From Nemertoderma westbladi (lineage: Eukaryota; Animalia; Xenacoelomorpha): 48,971 nucleotides of DNA. The notes under the pieces were generated by a model. That model was not told the origin of the DNA. It searched no databases and was given only the letters and a program-made list of their open reading frames with translations. Each line of letters starts with the position of its first letter. Positions within the stretch are counted from its first letter, which is position 1. The stretch is from NCBI GenBank assembly GCA_032718475.1, contig JAUCBJ010004784.1:1-48971 (forward strand), given 5' to 3'. A program made the position numbers and the translations under genes. This document shows positions 12,956 to 25,050 of this stretch, one piece after another.

Positions 12956-14292
12956 TTTATTATTCAGAGTTTATGCGATTATTCGCAACATTCATATCCC
13001 CAAGTTTGTTCCTACAGTAATTGTGTTTGTTATACATACCGTTATAGTTAAACTAACCCCGGTACTACACGGGCTGCTTGGCGTAGGTAAAGACTGGTGA
13101 TTTTGTGCCCCGGTCACTCCAGCAGATGCCGTGGTTCTTTTAGCTGTTCAAGTATATTTAACTACTGATTATATGTTGTACAAGTACTCGTACCTAATTT
13201 AGGGTTTAGTGTACAGTGCTTTCCGAAAGTAATTAGTGTAGGCATTATATTTGTGTTGTAAAGTGGTTGATAGGCACGTTCGATTAGCTCTATTAACTTC
13301 TAGGTAGGAACACTCCGTGATACATAACGTAGTACCTATAGCGATACGGCTATAGGTCGTCAAGCGGTGGTATTTTCCTATCTGGACAACGCAGTGTATT
13401 TTACTACTACTTATTATTTTCAAATACCGTAGTACCCTGTCCGTTGTAATAACCAGATTTCTAACCCTTTGTTAGGCTGGTTTGTAGACTTCTTGTAAAA
13501 TTACCCTAAAAAATTCGTATTTTGTGTTTTTGTAAATTTTTGTGTTTATTTAGAGATTGTAATCTCACCCGAATTGTACGTAATTTGTAGTATTAAGTAA
13601 CTTAGGTAAATTAGCATTATTTGTTTTAGTGTCCTATAAGTAACACTTCACTGAAAGCGCACCGCTTTGTGTAGTGATTACTCCCCAGAAATAATAACAT
13701 TTATTTCAAACATTGACAAAACCCATTAAAACGGGTATATATATATTATAAATCAAATCTAACGATTTATAAATAGTAGGCCTACCATACAACCATTAGG
13801 TCTCAATATCAGTTGGACTACTGCTCAAATAACGGTAATAAAGTAAGTAAAGTAACCAAGTAACCCTAAAATTCAGAAATTCAATTATTTAAAATAATTG
13901 ATATACCGGTATTTACGATAGGCCTATTATCTTTATTTCTATAAATTTAGGCTGAAATTATACCGGTACTTTATAATTAATTCTAGTCCAGAATTATACT
14001 TATATATACTACAAACTGTAAGCTGTATACCGGTATTCCCGATAGGCCTATTATATATTTATATATATTTGTGCTAAAATTATACCGGTATTCTGTGATA
14101 AACCTAGTCTGTAATAATACTTATATAGTTATATATACTATAAGCATACCGGTATTCTAATATATTATATATATATCACGCTCCACTGAGTAGCAGTATC
14201 GGTAATTAATTATTAGGCTAACAGTGATACTTAATTACTAGACTTGCTTTAACTGTATTTATAGCCGTAGGCATTCAACTGTGTAATCAAAC

Positions 14293-17200
14293 ATGTCTGA
14301 CTCACAACAAACATTGTCAGATAGTCTTTTAGAGGGTGTTAGAATGAGTATTAGACTTAGACAGCGTCTTAAAAGGATCTGTGACCAAGATCAAAGTATG
14401 GAACATCCCAGACCAAAGTCTAAGTCCCCTCCTACTGTGCGAAAGATCATCCCTCAAGTAGTAGTATCAGACCCTAGGCTAGTCCAACATCGTAGGTCTA
14501 TCATAGGCACTCGAGCTCAGGTCAAGCGGGACCAAGAAGCAGCGGAACCTCAACAACCCGCGAGCCAAGAACTTACTTCTCAACGGCCCGATAGCTCCAG
14601 TAGTTCGGATACTGTTGAGCGGACGCCCGAACGCGGAGCGAAGATGGCGGATAAGGTTTATGATGAGCGGCCAACCTATGAAGAATCAACCGACGCCACT
14701 TCTTCTCAAGAAGAAAGCGAAGTGACAGCAGAGAAACTGCATAAGAGGGATGCTATTGACATCTATCTGTCAGACTATCAACGCTTTGTAGGAGATGAAG
14801 AGTTGAGGAGAAGGCTGGAGGGGCTTAGCCCTAATAGTGAAGGAACCAAGCTTGTGCTGGACGCAATCGATGCGGAAATGTTAGCTGCGAATCAGGCTAA
14901 ATTTGATGAACAACTCCGCCTGACACGAGTCCAAGAAGAACAAGTAAAGAAAAAACGTATAGAAGACAGAAAGAAAGCAGCAGTAGCAGCTGCCGAAGCG
15001 GAAAGGAAAGCAGCCGAAGAGGAAAGTAAAGCAGCCGAGATGGAAAGAAAAGCGGCAGCGACAGCAGCAGAGGCAAAAGCGGCAGCGACAGCGGCAGAGG
15101 CAGAAGCGAAAAGAAAAGCTGCCGAAATGAAAAGAAAAGCGGAAATGGCAGTGGCAGAAGCAGAACGTAGAGCGGCGGAAGAAATCACCCAATTACAATT
15201 GGAAAACATTCAGGAGAATCAAGACTGCATAAATAAACAGTTAACAGCTAGTAATATGCAGATGATGAATCGATCTACTCCCAAAAGACAGGGATATACA
15301 TCATCTGAGGAAGGCGATACCACCGATACTGAAGGCAAAGGAAATAGATCTCGTCTAAGCAGACGTAAAAGAACATTCCACCGTCAGAAATTGCCTGATT
15401 TGCCTCCAGCTGTTAGAAGGCAACTAAATAACACCAACTTAGGTAGTACAGAACCCACAGACCAAACAATTAAAATAGAAAGACTCCCTACTATAGTAGA
15501 TGAGCCTGAAATAATTAGGCCTGTTCTTGAAATCACCCCTTCGGTGATAGACACACCTGTGCTCCCTGAAGCTACCTATAAATTCCCTCTGCATAGCACT
15601 AAGCTACCTGTGCCCAGTAGAACTGCCCAGGAGACAGTTCAGGTCCTGGACCCCGAGCGAAATATTCATGATTTGTCGCCCGTTGTCCCTCGTCCGCCCG
15701 CTACAACGTTGGCGACTCCCGCTTCGGCGGTCGAATGGGTGGACGAGAGACGGCGGGGGATGGATCTCCTGCTCGGGCAGATGCAGGAGACTGTTCAGCA
15801 ATTCAAGGGCACAGTAAGGGAAAGTAGACTAGAGTTGCAAGAAGTGCAGCAAAGTATCGCGCTAGAACGCGATAAATTAGTAAATACACAAAGGGGTATA
15901 CCACCACCCTCGGTAACAATGTGTCAACCTGTTAGGTCTGAAGTATCTCATGCGCAAGGTGTGGAGCCTACACGCATATATACTGCTAGCGAAGTAGAAA
16001 CTCCTATAGTGAACCCTATTAAGGGTAATTATAAACCTGTTGATAATGATATCTCATCTAGACTTGATAATAATCCGAGAAACTTATATACCGATAATTC
16101 TCTATTCAATAATACGATGGCTCAAGAAAGTTTTACGCGTCAAATGGCTAGAACCGAAGCCCGGCAAGCGGTGAAGGTGGGAGAGATCGTCAAGTTCAAT
16201 GGAGATGAGATGAAATGGTTACCTTTTAATGAATATTACAAAGATAACATACAGAACTCTGTACTATCTAATGGAGAGAAACTTAGATTCCTCATCGAGT
16301 GCTTGGAAGGATCTCCCAAGTTAATGGCGTTAAAGTTTATTGGACATCCAGACGGATTAAGACAAGTTTGGGATACACTAAACATCAGGTATGGTAATAG
16401 GAATAACATAGCTGGGTATTTGTATGCAAAGTTGGTAGCGCCCCGAAAGTTTATTAGCAACGGGATTATAGAGTTTTCCGATGAAATTCAGGAGATCTGC
16501 AGACAATTAGATTGGCTAGGTAAGTCTCATGAGTATCAGAGTGCTATGGTTATTAGAGCAGTGGCTTCTACTTTACCGAAGGGTGGAGTAGGTACACGCT
16601 GGGATAAGAAAGTGTTATATATGATGGAACAACAACGACGAGACCCTACCATGACTGATTTCATGTCATTCTTAGATAGAGAAGTGAAATTACAGCTCCT
16701 AAGGCAGTCCAGAGAGAAGACATTGGAAAACAAGGTAAGTGAGAAACCCGTTTCTAGGAGAAGGGTAACACCAATGTGTTATACAGACGACGGCGAAAGC
16801 CAAACCTCTCAAGGAGAGGACAGCGGGAAAGACACTGAAAGATCTTATTATGTCAATAAAACGCCTAAAGACCAGGTAAGTAAATCCAAGTCTCGACCCA
16901 ATGACAGAAGGGAACCAGTACAAAAAACCCCTCCTACGTCTCCTAAAAGAATTCAGGTGAGAAAGCCCGAGGAAAGAACAAGTGTGCACCACATAGCACA
17001 GGTTAAAGTAAGTAACATCAAGCCGAAATGTGTGCTGTGCGACGGGCCCCACCGTTTAAATGCGTGTGATAAATTCCTGAGGAAATCACTAAAGGATAGA
17101 CGTGAAGTCATGTGGGATAAGCGGTTGTGTTATAATTGCCTCAGACGAGGACACCAACGGCGAACCTGTTACTCCGACGCAAGGTGTGCAAAGTGCGGTG

Positions 17201-18768
17201 CAAAACATCATATCTTGTTGCACACTGAATTCGAACGAAACAGCCCGAGTCAGGTAAGTGAGTCCGAACTACATGTCCAATTCAGTGATGTGAATGACAC
17301 TGATCAATCTGAGATGGAAGGATTCTATATGGACGAATTCTCCGACCAAAACGAATCCTGTTACTTAATAAATACCACCGCAGTGTATCGAGCACTCATG
17401 TATGAGAAAGACACAGACAGCGACCTCACCCTAACTACTTCAGATCAACAACAATCTTGGAAAGCGCCAACTTCAAATGTAGGAATCCGAGAATTTCCTG
17501 TAGTCCAGTTACGGGTCCACGGACCTCAGAAGAGCTATATAGTGAACGCCCTCCTGGACTCCGGCAGCACAGGAACATTCATCGATAAAGAACTAGCCGA
17601 AGTCATCTTTGCTGGACAACCCAAGTTCCGAACCAAGCTAAACATGTCAGGGATCATGCAGGTTTGGAATTCTACTGTAGCTGCCGACTATTATATAGGT
17701 GAGTTGTCCACTCCACAGGATAAACTAGGAGAATACAGTATAAGGTCAGTCAAAATGGTGGCAATAAAGAACTTCGCTACCACCCAAGTGGAACCTTATA
17801 ATTGGGACGAAGATGATCATGCCCAACAACTTAACATCCCTAGATTCGACACCGATTATCCTGGAGTACAAATATTAATCGGTCAAAACGCGCATGAGGC
17901 GCTGGAGACATTGGAGAAACGACCTGCTCAACCGCAACCACTTCAGACCTATGCGGTAAGAACTAGAGTAGGTTGGTACCTTACTGGACCTTCCCGAAGA
18001 ACGCTCAGAGAAAGACTGCTTCAAGATCGCGTCTGCCAGGTGAGTGAATGGGAAGACGATACTAGTGAGGGAGACGACCCAACTGAGGGAACACCATACT
18101 CCTCAGATAATGACGATATTAGCTCCAATGTAGATCAATGGAGATATTGTCCCCAGAAGTTTAATCCAACTGACATCGCTTCCAGAGGAGCAACTCCTCA
18201 AGAACTGACAGATACTACAGACCGGTTAGGTGAACCCGACTTCCTGAGTAAGGAGGATGAATGGCCTCCCCATCTTACTCCGACTGAGATTAGACCAGCC
18301 AAGGGAGCGGAGAAAGTCAAACCTAAAACCCGGACGGGTGGATCGGAGTTATTTGAACCCGGGATAGATCTGTCGGTATTACATATTGCCAGGGACGACG
18401 CCGTGGATCTGGACCTCCCCACCGCGAGTGGATCCTTCATGAAGATCAGAGAGAGCGATTGGAGCTCTGGAACATCAGACGTCTCGCAGGGACTCTCACC
18501 TCTCCTGCAGGGAGCGACGGACCACTATAGCTCCTGGAATCGGCTTTGTAAGGCCGTCGTGTACTTAGAGCGATGTTTCTATCGTCACTATTCCAGGACG
18601 AAGAGGAAACCTGGAATTGTATTCGGGATGCAGCGACTCAATCGCCCAGCTGGTCGTTTGTGTTTACCGGAAGGGAATGGAGGACTCTCCGGAAACTGTG
18701 GAAGGCAAGATTCTCTTCCCACGACCACCTCCCTAATCCTTCAAACATCTAGGGACTCCATAACGTAA
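14293..18768 (+). CDS. gag: BEL/Pao Gag-aspartic protease polyprotein (1491 aa) fused in frame to RNase H C-terminal remnants; RT and integrase absent
   Basis: Ala/Glu/Lys coiled coil, KFNGDEMKWLPF capsid-like motif, three Cys/His knuckles (CVLC..H..C, CYNC..H..C, CAKC..HHILLH), protease LLDSGS, TRVGW, then WRY..NPTDIASRG..EWP and YSSWNRL. No YVDD-type RT motif. Confidence 0.92.
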   Translation: MSDSQQTLSDSLLEGVRMSIRLRQRLKRICDQDQSMEHPRPKSKSPPTVRKIIPQVVVSDPRLVQHRRSIIGTRAQVKRDQEAAEPQQPASQELTSQRPDSSSSSDTVERTPERGAKMADKVYDERPTYEESTDATSSQEESEVTAEKLHKRDAIDIYLSDYQRFVGDEELRRRLEGLSPNSEGTKLVLDAIDAEMLAANQAKFDEQLRLTRVQEEQVKKKRIEDRKKAAVAAAEAERKAAEEESKAAEMERKAAATAAEAKAAATAAEAEAKRKAAEMKRKAEMAVAEAERRAAEEITQLQLENIQENQDCINKQLTASNMQMMNRSTPKRQGYTSSEEGDTTDTEGKGNRSRLSRRKRTFHRQKLPDLPPAVRRQLNNTNLGSTEPTDQTIKIERLPTIVDEPEIIRPVLEITPSVIDTPVLPEATYKFPLHSTKLPVPSRTAQETVQVLDPERNIHDLSPVVPRPPATTLATPASAVEWVDERRRGMDLLLGQMQETVQQFKGTVRESRLELQEVQQSIALERDKLVNTQRGIPPPSVTMCQPVRSEVSHAQGVEPTRIYTASEVETPIVNPIKGNYKPVDNDISSRLDNNPRNLYTDNSLFNNTMAQESFTRQMARTEARQAVKVGEIVKFNGDEMKWLPFNEYYKDNIQNSVLSNGEKLRFLIECLEGSPKLMALKFIGHPDGLRQVWDTLNIRYGNRNNIAGYLYAKLVAPRKFISNGIIEFSDEIQEICRQLDWLGKSHEYQSAMVIRAVASTLPKGGVGTRWDKKVLYMMEQQRRDPTMTDFMSFLDREVKLQLLRQSREKTLENKVSEKPVSRRRVTPMCYTDDGESQTSQGEDSGKDTERSYYVNKTPKDQVSKSKSRPNDRREPVQKTPPTSPKRIQVRKPEERTSVHHIAQVKVSNIKPKCVLCDGPHRLNACDKFLRKSLKDRREVMWDKRLCYNCLRRGHQRRTCYSDARCAKCGAKHHILLHTEFERNSPSQVSESELHVQFSDVNDTDQSEMEGFYMDEFSDQNESCYLINTTAVYRALMYEKDTDSDLTLTTSDQQQSWKAPTSNVGIREFPVVQLRVHGPQKSYIVNALLDSGSTGTFIDKELAEVIFAGQPKFRTKLNMSGIMQVWNSTVAADYYIGELSTPQDKLGEYSIRSVKMVAIKNFATTQVEPYNWDEDDHAQQLNIPRFDTDYPGVQILIGQNAHEALETLEKRPAQPQPLQTYAVRTRVGWYLTGPSRRTLRERLLQDRVCQVSEWEDDTSEGDDPTEGTPYSSDNDDISSNVDQWRYCPQKFNPTDIASRGATPQELTDTTDRLGEPDFLSKEDEWPPHLTPTEIRPAKGAEKVKPKTRTGGSELFEPGIDLSVLHIARDDAVDLDLPTASGSFMKIRESDWSSGTSDVSQGLSPLLQGATDHYSSWNRLCKAVVYLERCFYRHYSRTKRKPGIVFGMQRLNRPAGRLCLPEGNGGLSGNCGRQDSLPTTTSLILQTSRDSIT

Positions 18769-21700
18769 CAACATATGGAGTGGGTGTGTGACTCTATTAT
18801 TTTATATTATTTTATTATTTTTATATTTCTGTATGTATTACTATGTAATTTTATTATAATCGTTTTCTTTAATTTTATTCAGTAGAATGTTATTTTAGCG
18901 ATTATTTAGTAGATTAGTGCAATATATATTCGCGTTTATTACTTAATTACGTATATATTATATTTAGTGTGATGGTGAGAAACCAGTGTTTTTCTCTTTC
19001 CTTACTGTCCGTATTATATTATAAATACGTAACTACAGTAAGATGAAATGTCCGTACTTATTAAAGTACAATAAAGCCACTACTATATTCAAGTATTATT
19101 GGTAGGCAGAGTATTAGGAATGCAAAGTTCAGATCCTCGTGTCTCGGCTAAACCAAGCTCTGGGTAGACCTTGGAAACGACTTGCCTCTTCACACTGACA
19201 TTGCTTCGTGCGATATTGCTCTCATACCGTATATTAAATAATACATATAGTAGCGTGATGTCCCTTTAACAGTAGCGTATAACGCAAAATAAATCTGTTA
19301 AACCCTTTGACCATCTGTAATTCTAGTAGATTAAGATATCGCGGCACCCACCGATATACTTGAAAGACAAATTCTAGAATCAGTGGTTAACGTCCCCAGA
19401 CAAGTTCTGGAATAAATTGGTGCCCATCTCAAAATATTAATTATTTAATATTTGCAAATATAATAAATCAAAATCTGTAAAATTCAGATCCTTCAACAAT
19501 TCTAGTCAATTAAGATATCGTAGCATTTACCGGTATTCTTAAAAAGACAATTGTCATAGAATTAAGGATCTTGTGTCCCCAGACATATTCTAGAATCAAA
19601 ATATGTCCATTTAATTATTAAATAATAAAATTTCAGGGAATAATTTAAATTCATGCCTTTTAATGAATTTAATAAATTGCCATTTTTACGCAATTTATAA
19701 CATTCCCAAAATTCCATTAATTAATAGATCACGGGAGCGGAGATTTATCTTATCATGCGTATGAGTGTGCGAAAGTCTCCCAAACATAGTCAATAGCCGA
19801 TAAAATTCATAAAGTCATGTATAAAACAGAACATTGATCATTAAAGAATTACTATTAAATAACATCCCAGATCTGTATGCATTGGAATTACCCTAATTCT
19901 ACCGCTAGCTTTGCATAATGTCACCATAGCAACAACCACGCTAGAATTAGAATTGAGTTAAAAGAACAATAGAAAGCTTGTCCCATTGAATAGCATAGGG
20001 AATAAATAGCGCACTGCTAGTATCCAAGGATACATAATAATACAGTGACATTCTGGAAGGCATTGACTAACGGACAAATGGCCCGAGTGTGTGTAATTTG
20101 TGACAAGTTGTGTGTGGTATTTGTGAGTTTATAGGCGAATGTTACTACTAAGGTGTGTTTACAGTAGCGAGTCGCAATTGTGAAAGTAACCCTAACTCTC
20201 CAGTAAGAACCTGAGGTGTATCTAAGCCTTTGGGACGGACAGTCGAGTGACTTGTGCCGGTTGTCGTTGTCGTTGTGCGGCTACGTCGTTGGCGAAAGTA
20301 CAGCGGCGACGACACATCGGCGCTGAGGATCTCGCGCTGTCCGGGGGCTGATTGGGGTAGGCAGCGACGCTCGCTAGCCTAAATATAAACTCCTTATAAT
20401 ATGGATAAACTCATATATAGCAGATATGACGGAGTTGATAGAAGATGGTCTTGGTATCGGGGAGTGATATACTCTACTTTTACAAGCGTTTGTTGATAGC
20501 TTAATACGCGGCGACGTTAGTCCAACTGCTGCGGAGGACGATGGTCGTTATATCGAACCGCCAATGTCCCAAGAGCAGCTCACGCGTGAGTTGGACTATA
20601 GAAAATTCGCTGCTCGATATACGCAGCGTGATGGTACGTATATGGGCTTCTTAACTACTGGTCATCCTATCGATTTACACAATACGGACTATGTCGACTA
20701 TATATCCTGCCCAGCGGAGTCGGAACCATAAACTGAAATTCGAATGCGAAAATTCTATTCGAAATCGACTCGAAAGAAAAGACACTAAAGAAACAAATGG
20801 ACGCGGTAACTCCAACGTATATTTGGAATTCTTGATAGAAGCATTGTAACAACAAATAAATATCACCCGCGTTTACCCTACCAGACGTGCATCTTTGGTA
20901 TTATTACGATAAATGCCCTAGACCCAACTAATAAACGGAAAGACATAAACATCCACGGAAACCGAAACTTGTTGACGTATCACCTATGCTCACTCGGCTC
21001 GAACGATCCTGGAGTAAACCTACGATCAGAGTCCCGGAATACTCGGTCAAACCTCCTCATTCCTTAGTTAGACCTCAGACCTGCGATCCTGGTGGTGTCG
21101 CGGATCCTCGCGGACTGTATTCACTGTTCAAGATCTAGTGCTACCCTAACAATTAATCGGTAACACTCCGACAGTGATTTCTAGCTAGCCGCCCATCTTA
21201 CCTAGCCGGATTGTGACGCGGACACCTAATATCACTATCCAACCGTATGGTCGTCCCCGTTTAACGCGATACAACCCCTCATCAAGGTGAAGGAGAGCGT
21301 TGTACGAAACGAGTTAAACGCTATTCTATAAAGATCAAAAAAGAAACCTGCGTTTGTTCAGATAAACGTAAGTTATAACAGTAAGTCCAATCGATAAACG
21401 AATTGGCCTTATCTCAATTCGATTGGGAAATCCAGAATCTCTAAGAAGTTATCGAACTTGGACGATCCTATTCTCTGCGAGAGTTTTTGGATGAACGTAT
21501 CCAGCTACGAGCGGAGGAAAATCAGCTCGAGGAGAAGCATATCGAAACGGCAGATACCTCGACCATAATCCTACACCTTCTGATGCAATCATATTGCACC
21601 CTTCACCCAGGAGTTATGGCCCTCCTAGTAAAGTGGCTCCCCCCAAAGAGAAAAGGACTCTTGCTAGCCTCAAAAAACTGCGTAAACGCCGTCTGCGTAA

Positions 21701-21788
21701 GAAAGACTAACTGTTTAGAGTATCTTTATATTTTAGAAACTGTGATTTGTTATATTTTATAGACTTAAATCCCATTTTCTGGGAGCGG

Positions 21789-22985
21789 TGTAAAAGCTTT
21801 TGCGTAATTAGCCGGTTATTTTCCCTTAAAGTACTCTGTAGTTGGTTTGCCAGGCATAAAAAGGCCGTGTCCTTGCTGTACTGGTGTTTTAGAGGACATA
21901 AAAGTCATTTCTTATGTATTTGTACTGTATTTGTACTTTAAAGGACATAATCCGTAATTTCGTGACGCAATAGCTGGATACTCTTGAATACAGTGGCGCT
22001 ACCATGACGACGGCTAGCAGCTGATATTGCCACGTCGACAGTTCTTTGTTTCTTTGTTCTCTCGTTGTTCGGTTGACCAATCAGAGCGTTTTTATGGCTC
22101 TTGTACAGAAATTTCCTAGAAATCACGTAATGCTTTATGGGCAGTGTTATCATTCTGTCCTGAGCCAGGAAGAGCGGCTTTGGAATATTTTGTGCTTTTC
22201 TGCTTTAGCCTAACACTAGTAGGCTTAATTATAAGGACATATATCCGTTATCTGGGTAACTCAATGCACTGCACTGGTTAACACTGGTTAACTGGCCCAT
22301 ACTGTGCAACTTAACTTAACATTACTGCTTTGCTGTCGGTTATTCATTATATTTGTTGATGAATTATTATATGTGGAATAACGAGAAATAACCCCGAAAC
22401 CCAATATTCTTGATATACCGAAGGTAAGAGAGAAAGGTTACATATAACGATTGCGACTTATGTTAAAGTGGTTTGAAGTGAATCTAATGTTATTTGATAG
22501 ACCCTACATGATTCGGTCCGTGTTCCTTTTATATGTGACTAAAATCAGTGAAGATCGGCAGATCGGTGTGCAGTATTGTGCAGCATTGTGTATGAGTGAG
22601 ACTGATAACGAAGCATTTCCTAATGAATGCGCCATATATGTGAATTGTAACTAAGCCATATCGTTGTGAGTAGTTTAAGTCATAACTCTGTTTATATAGA
22701 TAGAGCGCCACGTCCTAAAGGAACTGTTAATATTCCCCGAAGGTGAATAATATTGTCAGAGATTATATAATACTGTCAGTCGAATAATACATTAGGCTTA
22801 CATAGCAATACGATTAAGCCGTCGAAGTCAATCTCCCGGGTATATCCAACGGGTGAATGATCGCGCACAGATTGGTTTCAACTAGTGTAGTGAATCAAAT
22901 ACTTGTTAGAGGCTAAAGCGATTTATTATCTAGAAGACATCCTAATTTGGCGGGTTAAACTGCCAAAGGTCTGAAAGCGCGAACA
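21789..22985 (+). repeat. 3' LTR of BEL/Pao element
   Basis: Direct repeat of 10825-12021, followed by TSD CTGGT. Confidence 0.95.
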
Positions 22986-22990
22986 CTGGT

Positions 22991-23470
22991 GCTGCACGAA
23001 GGCCCCAAGCAAATTCAACTTGGAAAATTTCTAAACTTTTGACAGACTATTTGTGTACCAAGTTTGGTTACATTTCATCGAGGATTGATCGAGTTATTAA
23101 CGTTCAAAATTGAACACCGCAAAAAAATACCGTAATCAACTTAATTAACTAATTAACTGCTATTATCTTAGCTTCTCGAAGGCCACACGGAAATTCAACT
23201 TTTAAAATTTCTAAACTTTTGCCAAACAACATGTGTACCAAGTTTGGATAGATTTCATCGAAGATTGGCCGAGTTATTAACGTTTAAAATTGAACACTGC
23301 AAAAAAAGCGACAGAACGACAGGTTGATTAATGGTACCACTACGCTAAGGCTCACTCACTTCGTGGCTCGCCCCACAGATCGACAGATCAACAGATCGAC
23401 AGACACACCGATTGAGTTAGTGGTACCTGTATGCTAAGCTCGCTTACTTTCGTCGCTCGCCCCACATAAA
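22991..23470. mobile_element. Probable Helitron/Helentron-type non-autonomous element (host of the BEL insertion)
   Basis: Two repeats of about 180 bp (AAATTCAACTT..TGTGTACCAAGTTTGG at 23011 and 23191), ACAGATCG microrepeat, doubled GCTAAG(G)CTC..TTCGT.GCTCGCCCCACA end. The family assignment is inference. Confidence 0.45.
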
Positions 23471-23809
23471 TACTCATGGCTGTTGTAGGCTTATATCTGA
23501 AATAGTTTATTCCGCAATATATTTGTCTGGTTATTTTTTAATTGAATTTTTGCAAAGTAATAAAATTAATGTTCTTAAAAATAATATTATTGTTTTATAT
23601 GTAACCTAGGAAATTAACTACATATTATCGCTGCAGCTTTAAGAGTGTACATTGATTTAATATTATTTCAATACCCATATTACTACATCGGCATACGATG
23701 CGTTGGCGTTGTATCACATATCTCCACATAGATGTATCAGCAGTTACTCGCACAGTTTCGAAACGTTACTCGCACAGTTTCGAAACTTCGCATAGTTATA
23801 ACTGTATAA

Positions 23810-24082
23810 AGATCGTCAGTCTTGGTTTAGGAAAAATATTTTAATGCAAAACAGGACGAGCGACGAGCGCAACGAGGCATATAATGAAGACCAGTACTGC
23901 GTAGACTATGTTCCTATAAACCATACCTGGCTTCGCCTATTGAAGGCATCGGTAGTTATAGAGATCGTACGTCAGTCTGCGTTTAGGAAATATGTTTAAA
24001 TACAAAACAGGACGAGCACAACGACGTTTATAATAATGAAGACGAGTACTGCCTACTGCGTTGAAGGCATCGGTAGTTATAA
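23810..24082. repeat. Diverged local tandem duplication of about 120-160 bp
   Basis: CGTCAGTC..TTTAGGAAA..AAAACAGGACGAGC..AATGAAGAC.AGTACTGC twice; TTGAAGGCATCGGTAGTTATA at 23940 and 24061. Confidence 0.7.
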
Positions 24083-24718
24083 ATTACTGGTGGGTGGGTA
24101 GGGGGGGGGGGGGTGCAGATTAAAAGGGGCGAACACGTACTGTCCCCCTTTCTTTGATTGATTGGTGGTGTGGGTAAATTTCTCAAAACCTGATTTTGTG
24201 ATACAGTCGCTCAATTTTAATCTGTATCTGATAACTGAGCCTCGTCCTGCGCGATGGCCCCACGAACGTGTTACTATATGACTACAGTTAAAAAACGCTC
24301 TTAGAAAATATTAGCAATGGATCACCTTCGGCTAAGGACGTAATCAAGGGAATATATATAGCATATAATATGTAACATAATATAATATATAATAATATAA
24401 TATATATAATATAACATAATAATATATATGACTTGGACCTAATTAACTTCAAATCAAAACACAACATAATTATACAATACTTCGCTATTACCGCTTAAAC
24501 ATTAGTATTATTAGTTTAACTAACTTTACAAAAATGCCAGAGCGATTTCTTCTGAGACTCACAATAAAATAATAGATATAGAAGCTGACATAATCACCGA
24601 TAAATTAGTCTGTGACATAAATTCTGCTGAAGGCTTTACTATTATATAGCGGATGGATTTGTACATAGTAATGATATAACTGGAAAGGGTCTGGCCAATC
24701 AAATTATTTAATTGTAAA

Positions 24719-24950
24719 TCTACAGATTTACTTACTGTAAGAAAATCGTGTCTGTTTGTTTGTCTGTCTCTTGGTTTGTTTGTTTGTCACACGAAAGGCT
24801 CCGAAACAATCCGGTCAATTGTGATGTTTTTAGTACCCTCCTGTATGTAGTATTTAGTACCCTCGTGTATGGTCTGAATGGGTGTATAAAGCACTTTTCA
24901 GAAAAATACAGTCATTAGTTATTACGAAAAATGAAATAAACGAAAAGTCC
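24719..24950 (+). mobile_element. Possible 5' end of a non-autonomous Helitron
   Basis: A|TC start followed by a GTCT/GTTT microsatellite (24748-24790); 3' CTAG end not located. Confidence 0.35.
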
Positions 24951-25050
24951 CATAGACTCAATTTTATTTCTTCAATATAATTATGTTATTTAAATCGCGA
25001 TAAAATTAATTAAATCGAGATAAAATTAATTAACAAAGACTAACAAAGAC

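Larger units (their letters stand above)
10825..22985 (+). mobile_element. Non-autonomous BEL/Pao LTR retrotransposon with both LTRs
   Basis: Two 1197-bp TG...CA LTRs; 5-bp TSD CTGGT at 10820-10824 and 22986-22990; short purine tract GGGAGCGG before the 3' LTR; BEL-type Gag. Confidence 0.95.

Noticed and set aside
14881-15209. Antisense Ala-rich and Cys/Phe-rich ORFs
   Set aside because: Shadows of the low-complexity Gag coiled-coil coding sequence.
23756-23821. Minus-strand CTGACGA...GAAA as another hammerhead
   Set aside because: No stem II or stem I pairing around the motifs.
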